A DNA stretch of 64,000 bases from Camelus dromedarius (GCF_036321535.1 NC_087444.1:78678001-78742000); one strand, 5' to 3'; positions 36,920 through 49,079 are shown, counted from the first letter of the stretch. A program made the numbers and translations. The notes: generated by a model from the sequence alone, not told the origin.

Positions 36920-38190
36920 AACAGCAGTCTACTCTCTATCAGGTGCTTTGCTGAGTATTTTTCCTGTATAATCTCCATTAATCCTCTCAAGAATCCTATG
37001 ATGCAGTTTTACATACAGTTCCTATTTTACTGATGGAAATTGAAGGTCAGCAAGAGTAAGAAAAAATGCTTGATTTGACACAAATAAGTAGAGGAGGATT
37101 TGGAGCTGGGGTTCAGGTTCATGTGACCCTAAAGCTTAAATTCTTTCTTCTGAACCAGGATGTCTTTCTGGGGTGATTAGAAAGGGTTGGCGGGGTTGGG
37201 AGCTGAAAATCTGGGCTGAAGTTCCCAACTAGCTGAATGACTTTGAGCAAAATGTGGTTACATGTTTATGTCTCTGCTGGTGCAGTTCCTTCTCCCTGGG
37301 TTGCCCACCACTCTATCCATTTTCTAACTTTCAGAATTCTATGAATCCCCAAGGCTCAGTAAAATGTCAAATCGTACATGAGGTTTTCCCAGTCCTTCCT
37401 TGTAGAAATAAGTACTCCTTCGTCAAACTTCTACCCTGACCTTTTGTGTTCCTGACTCCCTTCTCTGTTAGAAACAATGTTATTAATATGTCAGCACTGA
37501 AATCCAGTTTGGAGGTCAGGTCCAAGCTTCACTGCAAAGATTCAAACACGTGCAACTTGTTTCACACGGAGAGGCAGCGAAGTCTAGAGGAATGATCACT
37601 AGCTTTAGAATGAGAGAGACCCAGGTTTGACTACTAGAAGTGCCTGTAACTATCTGTGTAACCTTGGTCAAGTTTCTTCACCTCTCCAAGCTTTAGTTCC
37701 TCTTCTGTGAAATGCAGAGCATAATTCTTCCCTCACAGAATGGTTACAACCTGTATTAATGAAATAATGTTACCTACTGAAATTGTTAATTAATAATCAT
37801 TATTAAATAACTAGTCATTGATTACTAGTAATAAAAATGATACTTATTTTTGGATGTCATACTATTTAATAGTAGGAGGTAACATTTATTGTTTACCATG
37901 TGCCAGAAACTTTGCACAGGGCACCCCTATGAGAATCCTACAAGTATTGAAGTAATCCCCAACTTTCATATAAGGAAACTGAAGTTCTACAAGGACTTGT
38001 GACTTGTTCAAATTCTCACAGGTTTTTCTTGAAGATTTAGTATTCAGAACCCAGTAGATTTGACTTTTATTTAATAGTGGAGATACTACATAATTTGAGA
38101 TGGAGATAATTACATCCATCTCTTTTTCGGAAAAGGCTATTGAAGGGTCGGACAGGTTAAGTAACTTGTCCAAGTTCAGTCAATAAGAAA
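36920..38190. mobile_element. Cluster of MIR fragments
   Basis: MIR core-like motifs (ttaatcctctcaagaatcctatg; accttggtcaagtttcttcacctctcc; gtaacttgtccaag); boundaries imprecise. Confidence 0.55.
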
Positions 38191-38594
38191 GATTTAGATG
38201 GAAAACTCTGGGCAACCCATCTGTTCATCTCCATATCCCAGCTGTGCCCGGCACAGTGCACAGTGCATTGTTGATGCTTGATAAATGTTTATAAGATGAA
38301 ACAAAATCCCGAATAGGCACTGGGCACTCTGATTCTGGGCTGAGGAATTCGAAAGTGACCCTTGAAACTAAATGGACTGGTTCTTATGTGAGATAAAGCA
38401 AAAAGCACCTCTTGGCACCTAAGGCGACTGGTTGTGAGGTTTGACTCAGGAGACTTGCCTCATAGCAGAACTAAGTCTGGGGCAGGGACAGGAGTTACGA
38501 ACAGAAGGAGCAGAATGAAAGTGAATCATGGAAGAAGAAAGTCCAATGAGGAGAGGGAACCACAGAGGGAAGAGAGCAGTTGACGAGTTCTTGT

Positions 38595-38710
38595 TTAAAA
38601 CTAAGGGGAACGCCTGCATTCAATACTAAAGGGGCCTGGGGTGGGGGGCATATTAAAACTAAGGGGAACGCCTGCATTCAATACTAAAGGGGCCTGGGGT
38701 GGGGGGCATA
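38595..38710. repeat. Perfect 58-bp direct tandem duplication
   Basis: ttaaaactaaggggaacgcctgcattcaatactaaaggggcctggggtggggggcata x2 (38595-38652, 38653-38710). Confidence 0.95.
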
Positions 38711-40598
38711 TTCAGGACCATGGACAGCGTGGTCCTTCGGTTGGGGGACTGTTCTTGGGGCAGATGTGAGGTGCTCGTTTCAGGACTGGGGACAGCGCCA
38801 ACCATTCTTGGACTGAAGAGAACAGACCTCAGTTGAGCATTAAGCACATTAACCTCATTGCTTCATTTAACCGTCTCTGAGGTTAGATGTGTAATCAAGG
38901 GAATTGAAACCCAGAACAGTGAAGTAACCCTGTAACTATGGCTCCAGAATGCAGATCCTCGTCTGTAAACCGCGTTAAACTGAGTACTAACTCCATAATT
39001 TGCACTGATGGGTAGTACAAATCAGATAGAACCTATCTGAAAACCCCAGTGTTTTCACTTCATCCTTGTAGCCTCTGGGAACCTCAGTTTCTTCTTCTTT
39101 ACCAGTGAGGAAAATGACATCTACTTTCCTTGGTATTGAAAAATGAATAAAGTCTTTTATTAAAAGGCCCCAACCTGGACATAGACACATGCAATAAATG
39201 TTATCTCCATCTTTACAACAAGAGATTTGAGTGGGGGTTGCAGGTAGCCTTCCCTAGAAGAAGTCAGGAATCACACTTCCGTTGTTTTTTTTTACCCTAG
39301 AAAATTACCATAGCTGACTCTTCTCTAAAAAAATGGTGGTAAATTCTATTGATAAATGTCATCAAATCAACAGAGGAATCTCAGAAAAGGAGATAAGGGC
39401 TGTCCTCCACTCAAAGGTAGCCAGGTGAACCACCGAAGTTCACTGTAGAATTGTTGATGTTGTTTTTCAGATGTCACCTAAGAAAGGGACTGATCTGATT
39501 TTATCAGAAGTCACAACTCTTTTGTGTAGAACTTTCCCTTTCATTTCTTTATGCAATCTCCACAACATCTCACAGGAACCAATACCATCCTCCCCATTTC
39601 ACAGAGAAAAAAACACCTAAGGCTTGCATAAATCAAGCAATGTGCTAAGGATTGTAATAAGCAGACAAGGCAGGATTTCTAACCCCAAGGTGTGTATTCT
39701 TCCAACCATACCGTATTGACTTCCTTTCAAACCAACAATCATCAGAAACTGAAGAGACGCTCAGCCTGGTAGAGCCCCAGTGCTCCCAGCCAACATCCTC
39801 TTCTGTTGCTGCACCTGCTGAAAAGTGTGACACCTGGAAATCCAGCTTGGATCGACCATGCATTGAATAAACATGTGCTGAGTAACTGTGATGGGCCGGG
39901 CAGTGTGCTCTTCTGCTTGGTACTGAGGACCGTGTTCTGAGTAAGACAGGCCCAGTTCCTTCCCCCAGGCTTGCAGTCCTGTTGGAGAGACTTTGAATAC
40001 CTGAACAAACACACGAGTAATTTAAAATAGTAACAGTCACTCTGTGATGCAGGATCAAGAACTGACACAGGTTGCATAGAGGACTTTCAGGGAAGTCTTA
40101 TCTGAAGGTAAGGCATTGACAAATTTATGCCAAGGATGTCAAGGATTCCCAGAAATGGGCAAAGTGAGGATGAGGAGAGGGTGCTCCAGAGAGAAGGAAC
40201 TTCCTGTGAGAATTCTCCAAGGCTTGCAGGAACCTTGGAACATTTGAGAAATGAAAGGGGGCCCACAGGACTTGGGTAAATGGGAGAAGAGGAACATGAG
40301 TTAAACCTGTAGCAACTGACAAGGATCAGAAAATTGGGCGGCTTGAAGGCCATGATAAGGAACATGATGTTTATTCTAAGAATGATGGGGCAACTGTCAA
40401 GAACTGTAAGCAGGAGAGTGACCCTATGTGACCTCTGATTTTCAAAGACTCCACTAGCTGCTACGTGGAGAAGGACTGTAGAGGCAAAGGAAGCAGGGAG
40501 ACCAGATGAAAGATTGTTTCATTTACTCAAGTGAGATGATGTCTTGGATCTGGGGTGAGGCAAGATGTAGAGAGAGATTTGTGAACTACTTTGTAGAT

Positions 40599-40613
40599 GT
40601 ATCTTGTTCTTAG
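40599..40613 (+). promoter_or_regulatory. Putative 3' splice site abutting ATG
   Basis: gtatcttgttcttAG|ATG. Confidence 0.55.
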
Positions 40614-41558
40614 ATGGAGAGGTCCCTGGCCGTGGGCAACATGACCAGAATCCAGGAATTTGTCTTGCTGGGCTTGTCCATGAGGCTGGGCATAAGGGAC
40701 GTCCTGTTTGCCGTCTTCCTGACCCTCTACCTGCTGACCCTCCTGGAGAACTCGCTCATCGTCCTCCTCGTCTGCAGGCACAGCGAGCTCCACAAGCCCA
40801 TGTACTTCTTCCTGGGCAACCTGAGCTGCCTGGAGATGTGCTACGTGTCGGTGACCACGCCCAGCCTGCTCGCGGGGCTGCGGACTGGACCCTGCCGTGT
40901 GCCCTTCACAGCCTGCATGACCCAGCTCTTCTTCTTCATCTCCCTCATCTGCACGGAGTGCACCCTCCTGGCGTCCATGGCCTATGACCGCTACGTGGCC
41001 ATCTGCCGCCCACTCCACTACCCGCTGCTCATGAGGCCCCAGGTCTGCCTGGGCTTGGCCGTGACTTCATGGCTTGGTGGGCTGCTGGTCTCAGTGATCA
41101 AAACAGCATGCATCGCCAGCCTATCCTACTGTGGCCCCAACGTCCTCAACCACTTCTTCTGTGACGTCTCCCCTCTGCTCAACCTGTCCTGTACCCATGT
41201 GGCCCTGACAGAACTGGTGGACTTCATCTCTGCCATTGTCATCCTCTGGGGTTCCCTCCTGGTGGCCATAGCCTCCTACATGGCCATTGGTAGGGCTGTG
41301 CTCCGTATGCCATCAGCCGCTGCCCGGCGCAAAGCCTTCTCCACCTGCACCTCCCACCTGGTTGTGGTGGGCATCTTCTACTCAGCCACTCTCTTCATCT
41401 ATGCCCGTCCCAGCCGCATAGAAGCCATGGACCTCAACAAGTTGCTGTCCGTCATCTACACGGTGGCCATGCCCATGTGCAATCCTGTCATCTACTGCCT
41501 GCGGAACAGGGAGGTCCAGGCAGCTTTCCGAAGAAGCCTCCACTGGTCCTGTGGCTGA
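40614..41558 (+). CDS. Olfactory receptor, OR6-family (mouse Olfr5/Or6z-like), 314 aa
   Basis: MERSLAVGNMTR..., LHKPMYFFLGNLSCLE, MAYDRYVAICRPLHY, HFFCD, KAFSTCTSH, PMCNPVIYCLRN. Confidence 0.95.
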   Translation: MERSLAVGNMTRIQEFVLLGLSMRLGIRDVLFAVFLTLYLLTLLENSLIVLLVCRHSELHKPMYFFLGNLSCLEMCYVSVTTPSLLAGLRTGPCRVPFTACMTQLFFFISLICTECTLLASMAYDRYVAICRPLHYPLLMRPQVCLGLAVTSWLGGLLVSVIKTACIASLSYCGPNVLNHFFCDVSPLLNLSCTHVALTELVDFISAIVILWGSLLVAIASYMAIGRAVLRMPSAAARRKAFSTCTSHLVVVGIFYSATLFIYARPSRIEAMDLNKLLSVIYTVAMPMCNPVIYCLRNREVQAAFRRSLHWSCG

Positions 41559-41604
41559 CCAGCTAAGTGCATGGGGCAGATCTCAAGTTACCAATACTTT
41601 GTAT

Positions 41605-42860
41605 TTTTGTTAAGATATAATTCACATACCATACATTTCATCTTTTTAAAATATACGGTTCAGTGGATATTTCGTATGTTCACAGAGTTGTGCAACCATC
41701 ACCGTTATCTAATCCCAGAATATTTTCATCACCACTAAAAGAAACCTGTACATGTTGGAAGCCATTCCCAATCTCCTGCCCCCTCTCTGCCCTAAAAACC
41801 ACCAATCTTCTTTCTGTCTCTGTGAATCTGCTGTTTGGACATTTCGCATAAGTGAAATCATACAATATGTGGACTTTTGTGTGGCTTCTTTCACTTAGCA
41901 TAGTGTTTTCAGGGTTCATGCAGGTTGTAGCATGTGCAGTACTTCCTTCCTTTTTATGGTTGGATAATATTCCGTTATATGGATACACTGTGTTTAGTTT
42001 GTCCTTTCACCAGTGAATAGATACCTGAGTTGTTTCCACTTTTTAGCCATTAGGGGTAATGCTGCTGTGACTATTTGTGCACAGCTTTTTGTGTGGGTAC
42101 ATATTTTCTTTTCTCTTGGGCATATGCCTAGGGGTGGACTTGCTGGGTCGTATGGTAACTGTATGTGTAACTTTTAAAAAAAATTGAAGTATGGTCAGTT
42201 ACAATGTGTCAGTTTCTGGTGTGCAGCACAATGTCCCAGTCATACATATACATCCATATATTCATTTTCATATTCTTTTTCATTAAAGGTTATTACAAGA
42301 TATTGAATATAGTTCCCTGTGCTGTACAGAAGAAATCTGGTTTTTTTTAATCAAGTGCTATATATAGTGGCTAACATTTGCAAATCTGAAACTCCCAAAT
42401 TTATCCCTTCGCACCCTCTTTCCCCCAGGAACCATAAGATTGTTTACTATGTCTGCGAGTCTGTTTCTGTTTTGTAGATGAGTTCATGAGTATTCTCTTT
42501 GTTTCCTTTTATTTTTAGATTCTACATATGAGTGATATCATATGGTATTTTTCTTTCTCTTTCTGGCTTACTTCACTTAGAANNNNNNNNNNNNNNNNNN
42601 NNNNNNNNNNNNNNNNNNNNNNNNNNNNNNNNNNNNNNNNNNNNNNNNNNNNNNNNNNNNNNNNNNNNNNNNNNNNNNNNNNNNNNNNNNNNNNNNNNNN
42701 NNNNNNNNNNNNNNNNNNNNNNNNNNNNNNNNNNNNNNNNNNNNNNNNNNNNNNNNNNNNNNNNNNNNNNNNNNTTCAAATTAGAGCTCCCTCCAGATAT
42801 ATATCCAGGAGTGGGATTTATATGTAACTTTTAAAAGAACTGCCAAACTGTTTTCAAAGC
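41605..42860 (-). mobile_element. Ancient L1MB-like element with a younger L1 nested at ~42180-42822
   Basis: tgtaacttttaaaa flanks the inner copy (42166-42179 and 42823-42836); outer consensus resumes gaactgccaaactgttttc. Confidence 0.8.
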
Positions 42861-42879
42861 ATTCAATATCCTACTTTAA

Positions 42880-44130
42880 AAATATACATATATCGGGCAG
42901 CTGTAAATGGCAATTTGCAGATGAGATGTTGCAAACGACTGATGAATCTAATAAGTCTCCTTCATACTCAGGAAAAATGCAAGTTACAATGTTATATCAT
43001 CACCATATCAAGTCAGGAAAAATTCAAATGATTGTTAACACCTAGAACTGAGTTAGCTTTAAAAAAGCGGGCATTCTCTCATTTATTGCTGGTGGTGGCG
43101 TAAATTGTTAAAACCTTCTTGGAGAACAACCCTAGCATCACATATTAAAATTTGAACTGTGCCTACACTTTGAGCCAGAATTTCCACTTTTGCAGATATC
43201 TCACAGGGAAATTTAAGCACTGATCTGTAAAAATACATGTATAATAAAAATTCATTATTGTAGCATTGTTTTAAGTGGCCCAAACTGGAGAGAATGTGAA
43301 TATTCATCAACAAAATAATGACTGCATAAGTTATGGTGCCCCCATATTATGAAACTTTATGAAGCTATTTTTAAAAATTAGTTGTATCTCCATATATTGA
43401 CATGGAGGCCTGATATATTTTTATATAAAAATTTTAAAACTTAGAGTAAAATTTTAAATAAATATAAAGATAGAAATTCTAGATATATCTACAGGTGTTT
43501 GTATAGATTTTTTTGAGGATACACACCTCAAAATTCAAGGAAAGTGAAATTTTTTTTTGTGAATTTTAGTAATCTTGAAGTTTATTAACTGAAATCGGTA
43601 CAATATTTCTGGAGGGCAATTTGTCAATATACATTAAAACCTGAATGTTCATGGCATACCGCTTTAAGGCATATTGCTTTAAGGATGTTTTTTTGCCAAG
43701 AAAATAATTTAGGATGCTTGTGACAATGTAACTGTGAGAATATTTATAGCATTTTGTGCTTTTAATGGAGAGCTGTTGGCTTCTCAACAATAGAGGAGTG
43801 GTTAAAACAAACTGCGGCTGAGCCACACAATGGCGTTCCACAGCGCCTTGACAAATGAACTTTATATGCGTATTTACTTCCATGAAAGATGTCAATTACA
43901 TACTGTGGTGTGGAAAATTCAGGTTATAAAACGGCATGGACAGTGTAGTCCCACTTTAATTTTTTTAATGCAATGTGTGTATGTATAGAGGAAAGAATTT
44001 GAAAACACTGTGAAACGCTAATGGCAACTGCCACCATGGAAGACCTGGGGAGGACTTTGCTTTCATTTTCACTCTGTTGTGTTTTGTCAAAAAAAATTTT
44101 TTTGTGTGGCAAGCATGGATTCCTTTCATA
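42880..44130 (+). mobile_element. Ancient L1M fragments
   Basis: diverged L1 ORF2-end and 3'UTR motifs (ttattgctggtggtggcgtaaattg; ctcaacaatagaggagtggttaaaac). Confidence 0.55.
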
Positions 44131-44749
44131 ATAAAAAAAAAATTCTCAATGTTAGAAAAAAATCACTTTAAAAATCACTCTGTATTTTGTCCATGAGATA
44201 GGGCTGAACCTCCTTCACCAGGAATTCAAGGCCCCAAACCCTCGTTTTGGATTCAGCCACACTAGACTCAGCGTTACCCAGACGCATCATGCTCTGTGAC
44301 CTCTGGGGTCTTTGCCAGGCTGCTCTGTCTTCCAGTTACCAAGACCTTCCTAGTCCTCCCTTTGAATGCAAATGCCCTCCAGCCTCAGCTGCCAGTTTCT
44401 TTCTTTACGGAGTCTCCTCTAATTGCCTGATATTTGCACACAATGCGGTGCTCCTTCTGTTCCACAGCTCTCTCGTTCACACAAGCTGAGGATACAGACC
44501 AGAATGGGAGCTTTGCAGAGGCACAGACCTCATCGGCCTTGCCTAGAGCAATGTCTGCTACATATTAGGCACTACGGTTAAATTTGGTTGAATAAATAAA
44601 TGAGTCATTTGTTGCAGAAAGGTAATGTCTTACTAATCTATGGTTGTAATAGTGCATATTGCTTCTAGACACTTGCTGACTTCCAGACTCCACGCAGAGC
44701 TCTTTATATAGATGATCACATTTTAAGCCTTAAAACCACCCTCTAAGGG

Positions 44750-45005
44750 AGGTATGCGGGACAAAGATTGTTAGTTAGCTCCAGACGTCAGTTCTTCCTT
44801 TAGTAATAGATCTACCAAATCTCAGCTGGAAACATAGCCACCCAGAAAAAATACTGCTTCTCTGCTCCCTTCTTGTCACTACAAGAGCTCCTACGAGTAT
44901 GTGCTAGACAAAGACCAATGGCAAGTTTCTGTTTATGCTTTTAAGGGCAAGGAGAACTTCCTCTGCTTCGTTGGTTCCTCTTATCTTCTGGTTGGAATAC
45001 AGACA
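44750..45005 (+). mobile_element. Ancient MaLR (MLT1)-like LTR fragment
   Basis: tcttcctttagtaatagatctaccaaatctcagctgg...cttctggttggaatacagaca. Confidence 0.45.
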
Positions 45006-45044
45006 TACTGGCTATATATATGTATACATACATATGTATGTATT

Positions 45045-45712
45045 TTTTATTAAAGTATAGTCAGTTTAAAACATTGTATCAACTTCCAGTGTACAGCATA
45101 ATGCTTTGGTCATACATGAATATACACATATTCATTTTTATATTCTTTTTCACCATAAGTTACTGCAAGATATCGAATATAGTTCCTTGTGCTCTACGGT
45201 ACGAATTTGTTGTTTATCTATTTTATGTATATTAGTCAGTATCTGCAAATCTCGAACTCCCAATTTATCCCTTCCCACCACCTTCCCCCCGGTAACCATA
45301 AGTTTGTTTTCTATGTCTGTGAGTTTGTTTCTGTTTTGTAAATAGGTTCATTTGTCTTTTTTTTTTTTAGATTCCACATATAAGTGATACATGGTATTTT
45401 TCTTTCTCTTTTTGGTTTGCTTCNNNNNNNNNNNNNNNNNNNNNNNNNNNNNNNNNNNNNNNNNNNNNNNNNNNNNNNNNNNNNNNNNNNNNNNNNNNNN
45501 NNNNNNNNNNNNNNNNNNNNNNNNNNNNNNNNNNNNNNNNNNNNNNNNNNNNNNNNNNNNNNNNNNNNNNNNNNNNNNNNNNNNNNNNNNNNNNNNNTAT
45601 GAACATTGGGGTGCATGTGTCTTTTCAAATTAGAGTTCCTTCTGGATATATGCTCAGGAGTGGGATTGCTGGATCATATGGTAACTCTAATTTTAGTTTT
45701 TTGAGGAAGTTG
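45045..45712 (-). mobile_element. L1 3' end (N run inside)
   Basis: ttttttattaaagtatagtcag...ggatcatatggtaactctaattttagttttttgagg. Confidence 0.85.
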
Positions 45713-46529
45713 TGACCTAAGAGCTGCTTCCTTTGTGACCCTGAGCAACTTACTGTACCTCTCTGTGCTTCAGCATCCTCACCTCTCACTGCAGATAATG
45801 ACAGCACCTACCCCAAGCTGATTGCTGATTTTATGAGATAAAATTTACAAAGTGGTCTCCATACAGCTAAAAGGGAGGGAGAAAGTTCTATCAACTGACA
45901 CTATATATTTTTTCAAACAATTGGAATCAAGCTGTCCCATTTCCAGATCATACTTAACATTCTGCTTCTGTCCCTCAGCAGCATCTGTGAGACATGCATG
46001 TAGAGAATTGTCAAGACTGTGTTAAAGGTGCTCTGCTAACCATGGTCAGGAACCTGGGCAGCAGAGGCCAGTCAGCCTGCTGGGCAGAGAGGACAGACCT
46101 GGAGGGCCTCACAGCAGGAACTAAATGCTTTGGTCTGGAAGTGACACAGCTCCTTGTTGGCCGGTTCCACTCCCATGACCCCAGCCGTGCACAAGGAGCT
46201 CAGAACGTGCAGTCATACATGTGCCTGGAAGGTGCAGGGCTGGAAACAAGAGTGAAAAAGAGTTAAAGGCTGTCTCAGAATCTATAGCATGAAGATACAG
46301 TGGTCATTGCTGGGTCAAAGTGTATGTGAATTTAAAATCTGATAAGTAATAGCAAACTGTTTTCCAAAAACACTGCCTCCACCTGCATCCCCACAGCAGT
46401 CTTAGAGCTTGCACTTCCCCCACGTCCAGCCAACACGGGGTTTTCTCAAAGGATTTTTTCTTAAATATGCTGTGAGGAAGTGCATCTAATTGCTCTGAGT
46501 TTCATGTCTTTAATAGCGGTGGAAGCTGT

Positions 46530-46696
46530 GGGGAAGGCACAGCTCAGTGGTAGAGTGCATGAGGCCCTGGGTTCAATCTCCAGTTCCTTCATTAAAATAA
46601 ATAAGTAGATAAATAAACCTAATTACCTCCCCAAATAAATTAATTAAATACTAAAAACAAACAAATAAAACATAATTACCTCTCCCCTCAAAAAAC
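46530..46696 (+). mobile_element. tRNA-derived SINE (Vic-1-like, duplicated tail)
   Basis: ggggaaggcacagctcagtggtagag...ggttcaatctcc; taattacctc occurs twice in the tail. Confidence 0.8.
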
Positions 46697-47334
46697 AGTG
46701 TGACAGTTGAACACCATTCCATACATTTATTGTGTATTTCTATTACCTTTTTTTTGGATTAACTATCAGGTTATTTGTCTTTGTGCAAACAGTTGGAATG
46801 AGTACCTATGTGGGTCAGCTTTTGCCCATATCTTTCGCTTTCTTCTCCAGGATAAATTCCCAAAGTAGACTAGCTGAACGCAGGGCCATTCAGCTTCCCA
46901 GGGCTGTTGTATATATTAACAAGTTGCCCTTCTTAAAACATTTCCTCTCACAAACCACACACAAACTCGCTTGCGTCCCTTGAGGCGCTGTCAACACAAA
47001 TGTTTATTACTTAAGATAAAGATGAAAAATACTCTGGTATGATGAGGAAGTCATTCCACAGAAGGCCACTTTTTGAATTTCTTGCTTTCTTTTATAATAC
47101 GCTTATTTATTCGATTATAAAGGTAATTCAAGCTGATTGCAAAATATTCAAATACATAAAATAGAAAATATGGGTCCCCTGGGGTTTCATGCCTGAAAAC
47201 ACCGCCAGTAACTCTCTGACATGTGTCTGTTCATATTCCTTTCTAGCTATATATTTACATAAATAACTACTGCAACTAATATATTACCATCGTTTTACAA
47301 ATCTCTGACATACTTGTATACTGCTTGTTTCATT

Positions 47335-47600
47335 TTTTTAAACATTTTTTTATTGAGTTATAGTCATTTTACAATGTGGTGTCAAATTCCGGTGTAGAGC
47401 ACAATTTTTCAATTATACATGAACATACATATACATTCATTGTCACATTTTTTTTCGCTGTGAGCTACCACAAGATCTTGTATATATTTCCCTGTGCCGT
47501 ACAGTATAATCTTCTTTATCTAGTCTGCATTTTGAAATCCCAGTCTCTCCTTTCCCACCCCCGCCCCCTTGGCAACCACAAGTTTGTATTTTATGTTTGT
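47335..47600 (-). mobile_element. Young L1 3' end
   Basis: near-identical to the 3' ends at 1445 and 32545 (cattttacaatg..gtcaaattcc.gtgtagagcacaatttttc). Confidence 0.85.
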
Positions 47601-48104
47601 TTTGTTTTTAACTCAACAACATACCATCTCCCCATGACAGTATCTGCAGGGCTGCAGTTAATCTCTTTAATGAATGCATGTTATTTCACTCTATGTATAT
47701 AATGTAATGTATTTAAATGATTTCATGTTGGTCGACATTTGAGTTATTTGCAAAAATTTCTGATAAAATAACGTTTATTCCAAATGTCACAATGTTGCTG
47801 TAAAAATTCTTGTGCTTTTAGTTTGTATGACATATTTTTTCTCAGTAGGCAAGGAGTAAATTTCCATTTCTTGGATGACTAGCGAGGACGCATGTCTTTT
47901 TTGTAGGTTATCAGCCACTTGTATTTTTCTGTCAATAAGCTTCCTGCTCATGGCCACTTTCCTTTTGTTTTTCTCTTGGGGTATTCATATTTTTTTCTCC
48001 TTTATTTAAAAACTTCTTTATACATTATGCTGCAAATATTTTCCTCCAGGTTTCTATCTACTTGTGAAAGTTGTGTGTGTGTCTTGGCCGTAAAAGTTTT
48101 AAAA

Positions 48105-49079
48105 TCAGGAGCAGAAAAGGGCAGTCCTCGCTGGAGAGACTCTGCGCAGGTGGAGGGTTCTCCGCAGCGCCGCGTGGACCTGCCTGTTCCGCAGGCTGTA
48201 GACGATGAGGCTGCACACGGGTGTGGCCACCGGGTAGATGATGGACAGCAGCTTGTTGAGGTCAGTGGATTCAGCAAGTCTGGGGCGGGAATACATGGAG
48301 AGGACCGCTGAGTAGAAGATGCCGACCACAACCAGGTGGGAGGCGCAGGTGGACAGAGCTTTGCAGCGGGCAGCCAGGGAAGTAATGCGGAGCACAGCCC
48401 TCCCGATGGCTGCATACGAGGCCAGAGCCACCAGCAGGGTCCCGCAGAAGGTGACGATGGCAGAGATGAAGTCCACCAGCTCCGTCAGGGCCACGTGGGT
48501 GCAGGACAGGCTGAGCAGAGGGGAGACGTCACAGAAGAAGTGGTTGAGGACGTTGGGGCCACAGTAGGACAGGCTGGCGATGCATGTTGTCTTGACCACC
48601 GAGACCAGCAGCCCACCAAGCCATGAAGTCACGGCCAAGCCCAGGCAGACCTGGGGCCTCATGAGCAGCGGGTAGTGGAGTGGGCGGCAGATGGCCACGT
48701 AGCGGTCATAGGCCATGGATGCCAGGAGGGAGCACTTGGTGCAGATGAGAGATATGAATAAAAAAAGCTGAATTATGCAGGCTGTGAAGGGCACACGGCA
48801 GGGTCCAGTCCGCAGCCCCGCGAGCAGGCTGGGCGTGGTCACCGACACGTAGCACATCTCCAGGCAGCTCAGGTTGCCCAGGAAGAAGTACATGGGCTTG
48901 TGGAGCTCACTGTGCCTGCAGACGAGGAGGACGATGAGCGTGTTCTCCAGGAGGGTCAGCAGGTAGAGGGTCAGGAAGATGGCAAACAGGACGTGCCTTA
49001 TTTCTGGACTTGTGGACAAACCCAGCAAGACAAACTGCTGGACCCCGGTCATGTTGCCCCGCTCCAGGGGCCTCTCCAT
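48105..49079 (-). CDS. Olfactory receptor, OR6-family (Or6z-like), 324 aa, open frame but degenerate TM7
   Basis: MERPLERGNMT..., LHKPMYFF, MAYDRYVAIC, KALSTCASH; NPxxY replaced by SLIVY; longer C-tail. Confidence 0.85.
   Translation of the reverse strand: MERPLERGNMTGVQQFVLLGLSTSPEIRHVLFAIFLTLYLLTLLENTLIVLLVCRHSELHKPMYFFLGNLSCLEMCYVSVTTPSLLAGLRTGPCRVPFTACIIQLFLFISLICTKCSLLASMAYDRYVAICRPLHYPLLMRPQVCLGLAVTSWLGGLLVSVVKTTCIASLSYCGPNVLNHFFCDVSPLLSLSCTHVALTELVDFISAIVTFCGTLLVALASYAAIGRAVLRITSLAARCKALSTCASHLVVVGIFYSAVLSMYSRPRLAESTDLNKLLSIIYPVATPVCSLIVYSLRNRQVHAALRRTLHLRRVSPARTALFCS

Noticed and set aside
38595-38710. Direct repeats as a CRISPR-like array
   Set aside because: Two abutting copies with no spacer in mammalian DNA; a simple tandem duplication.
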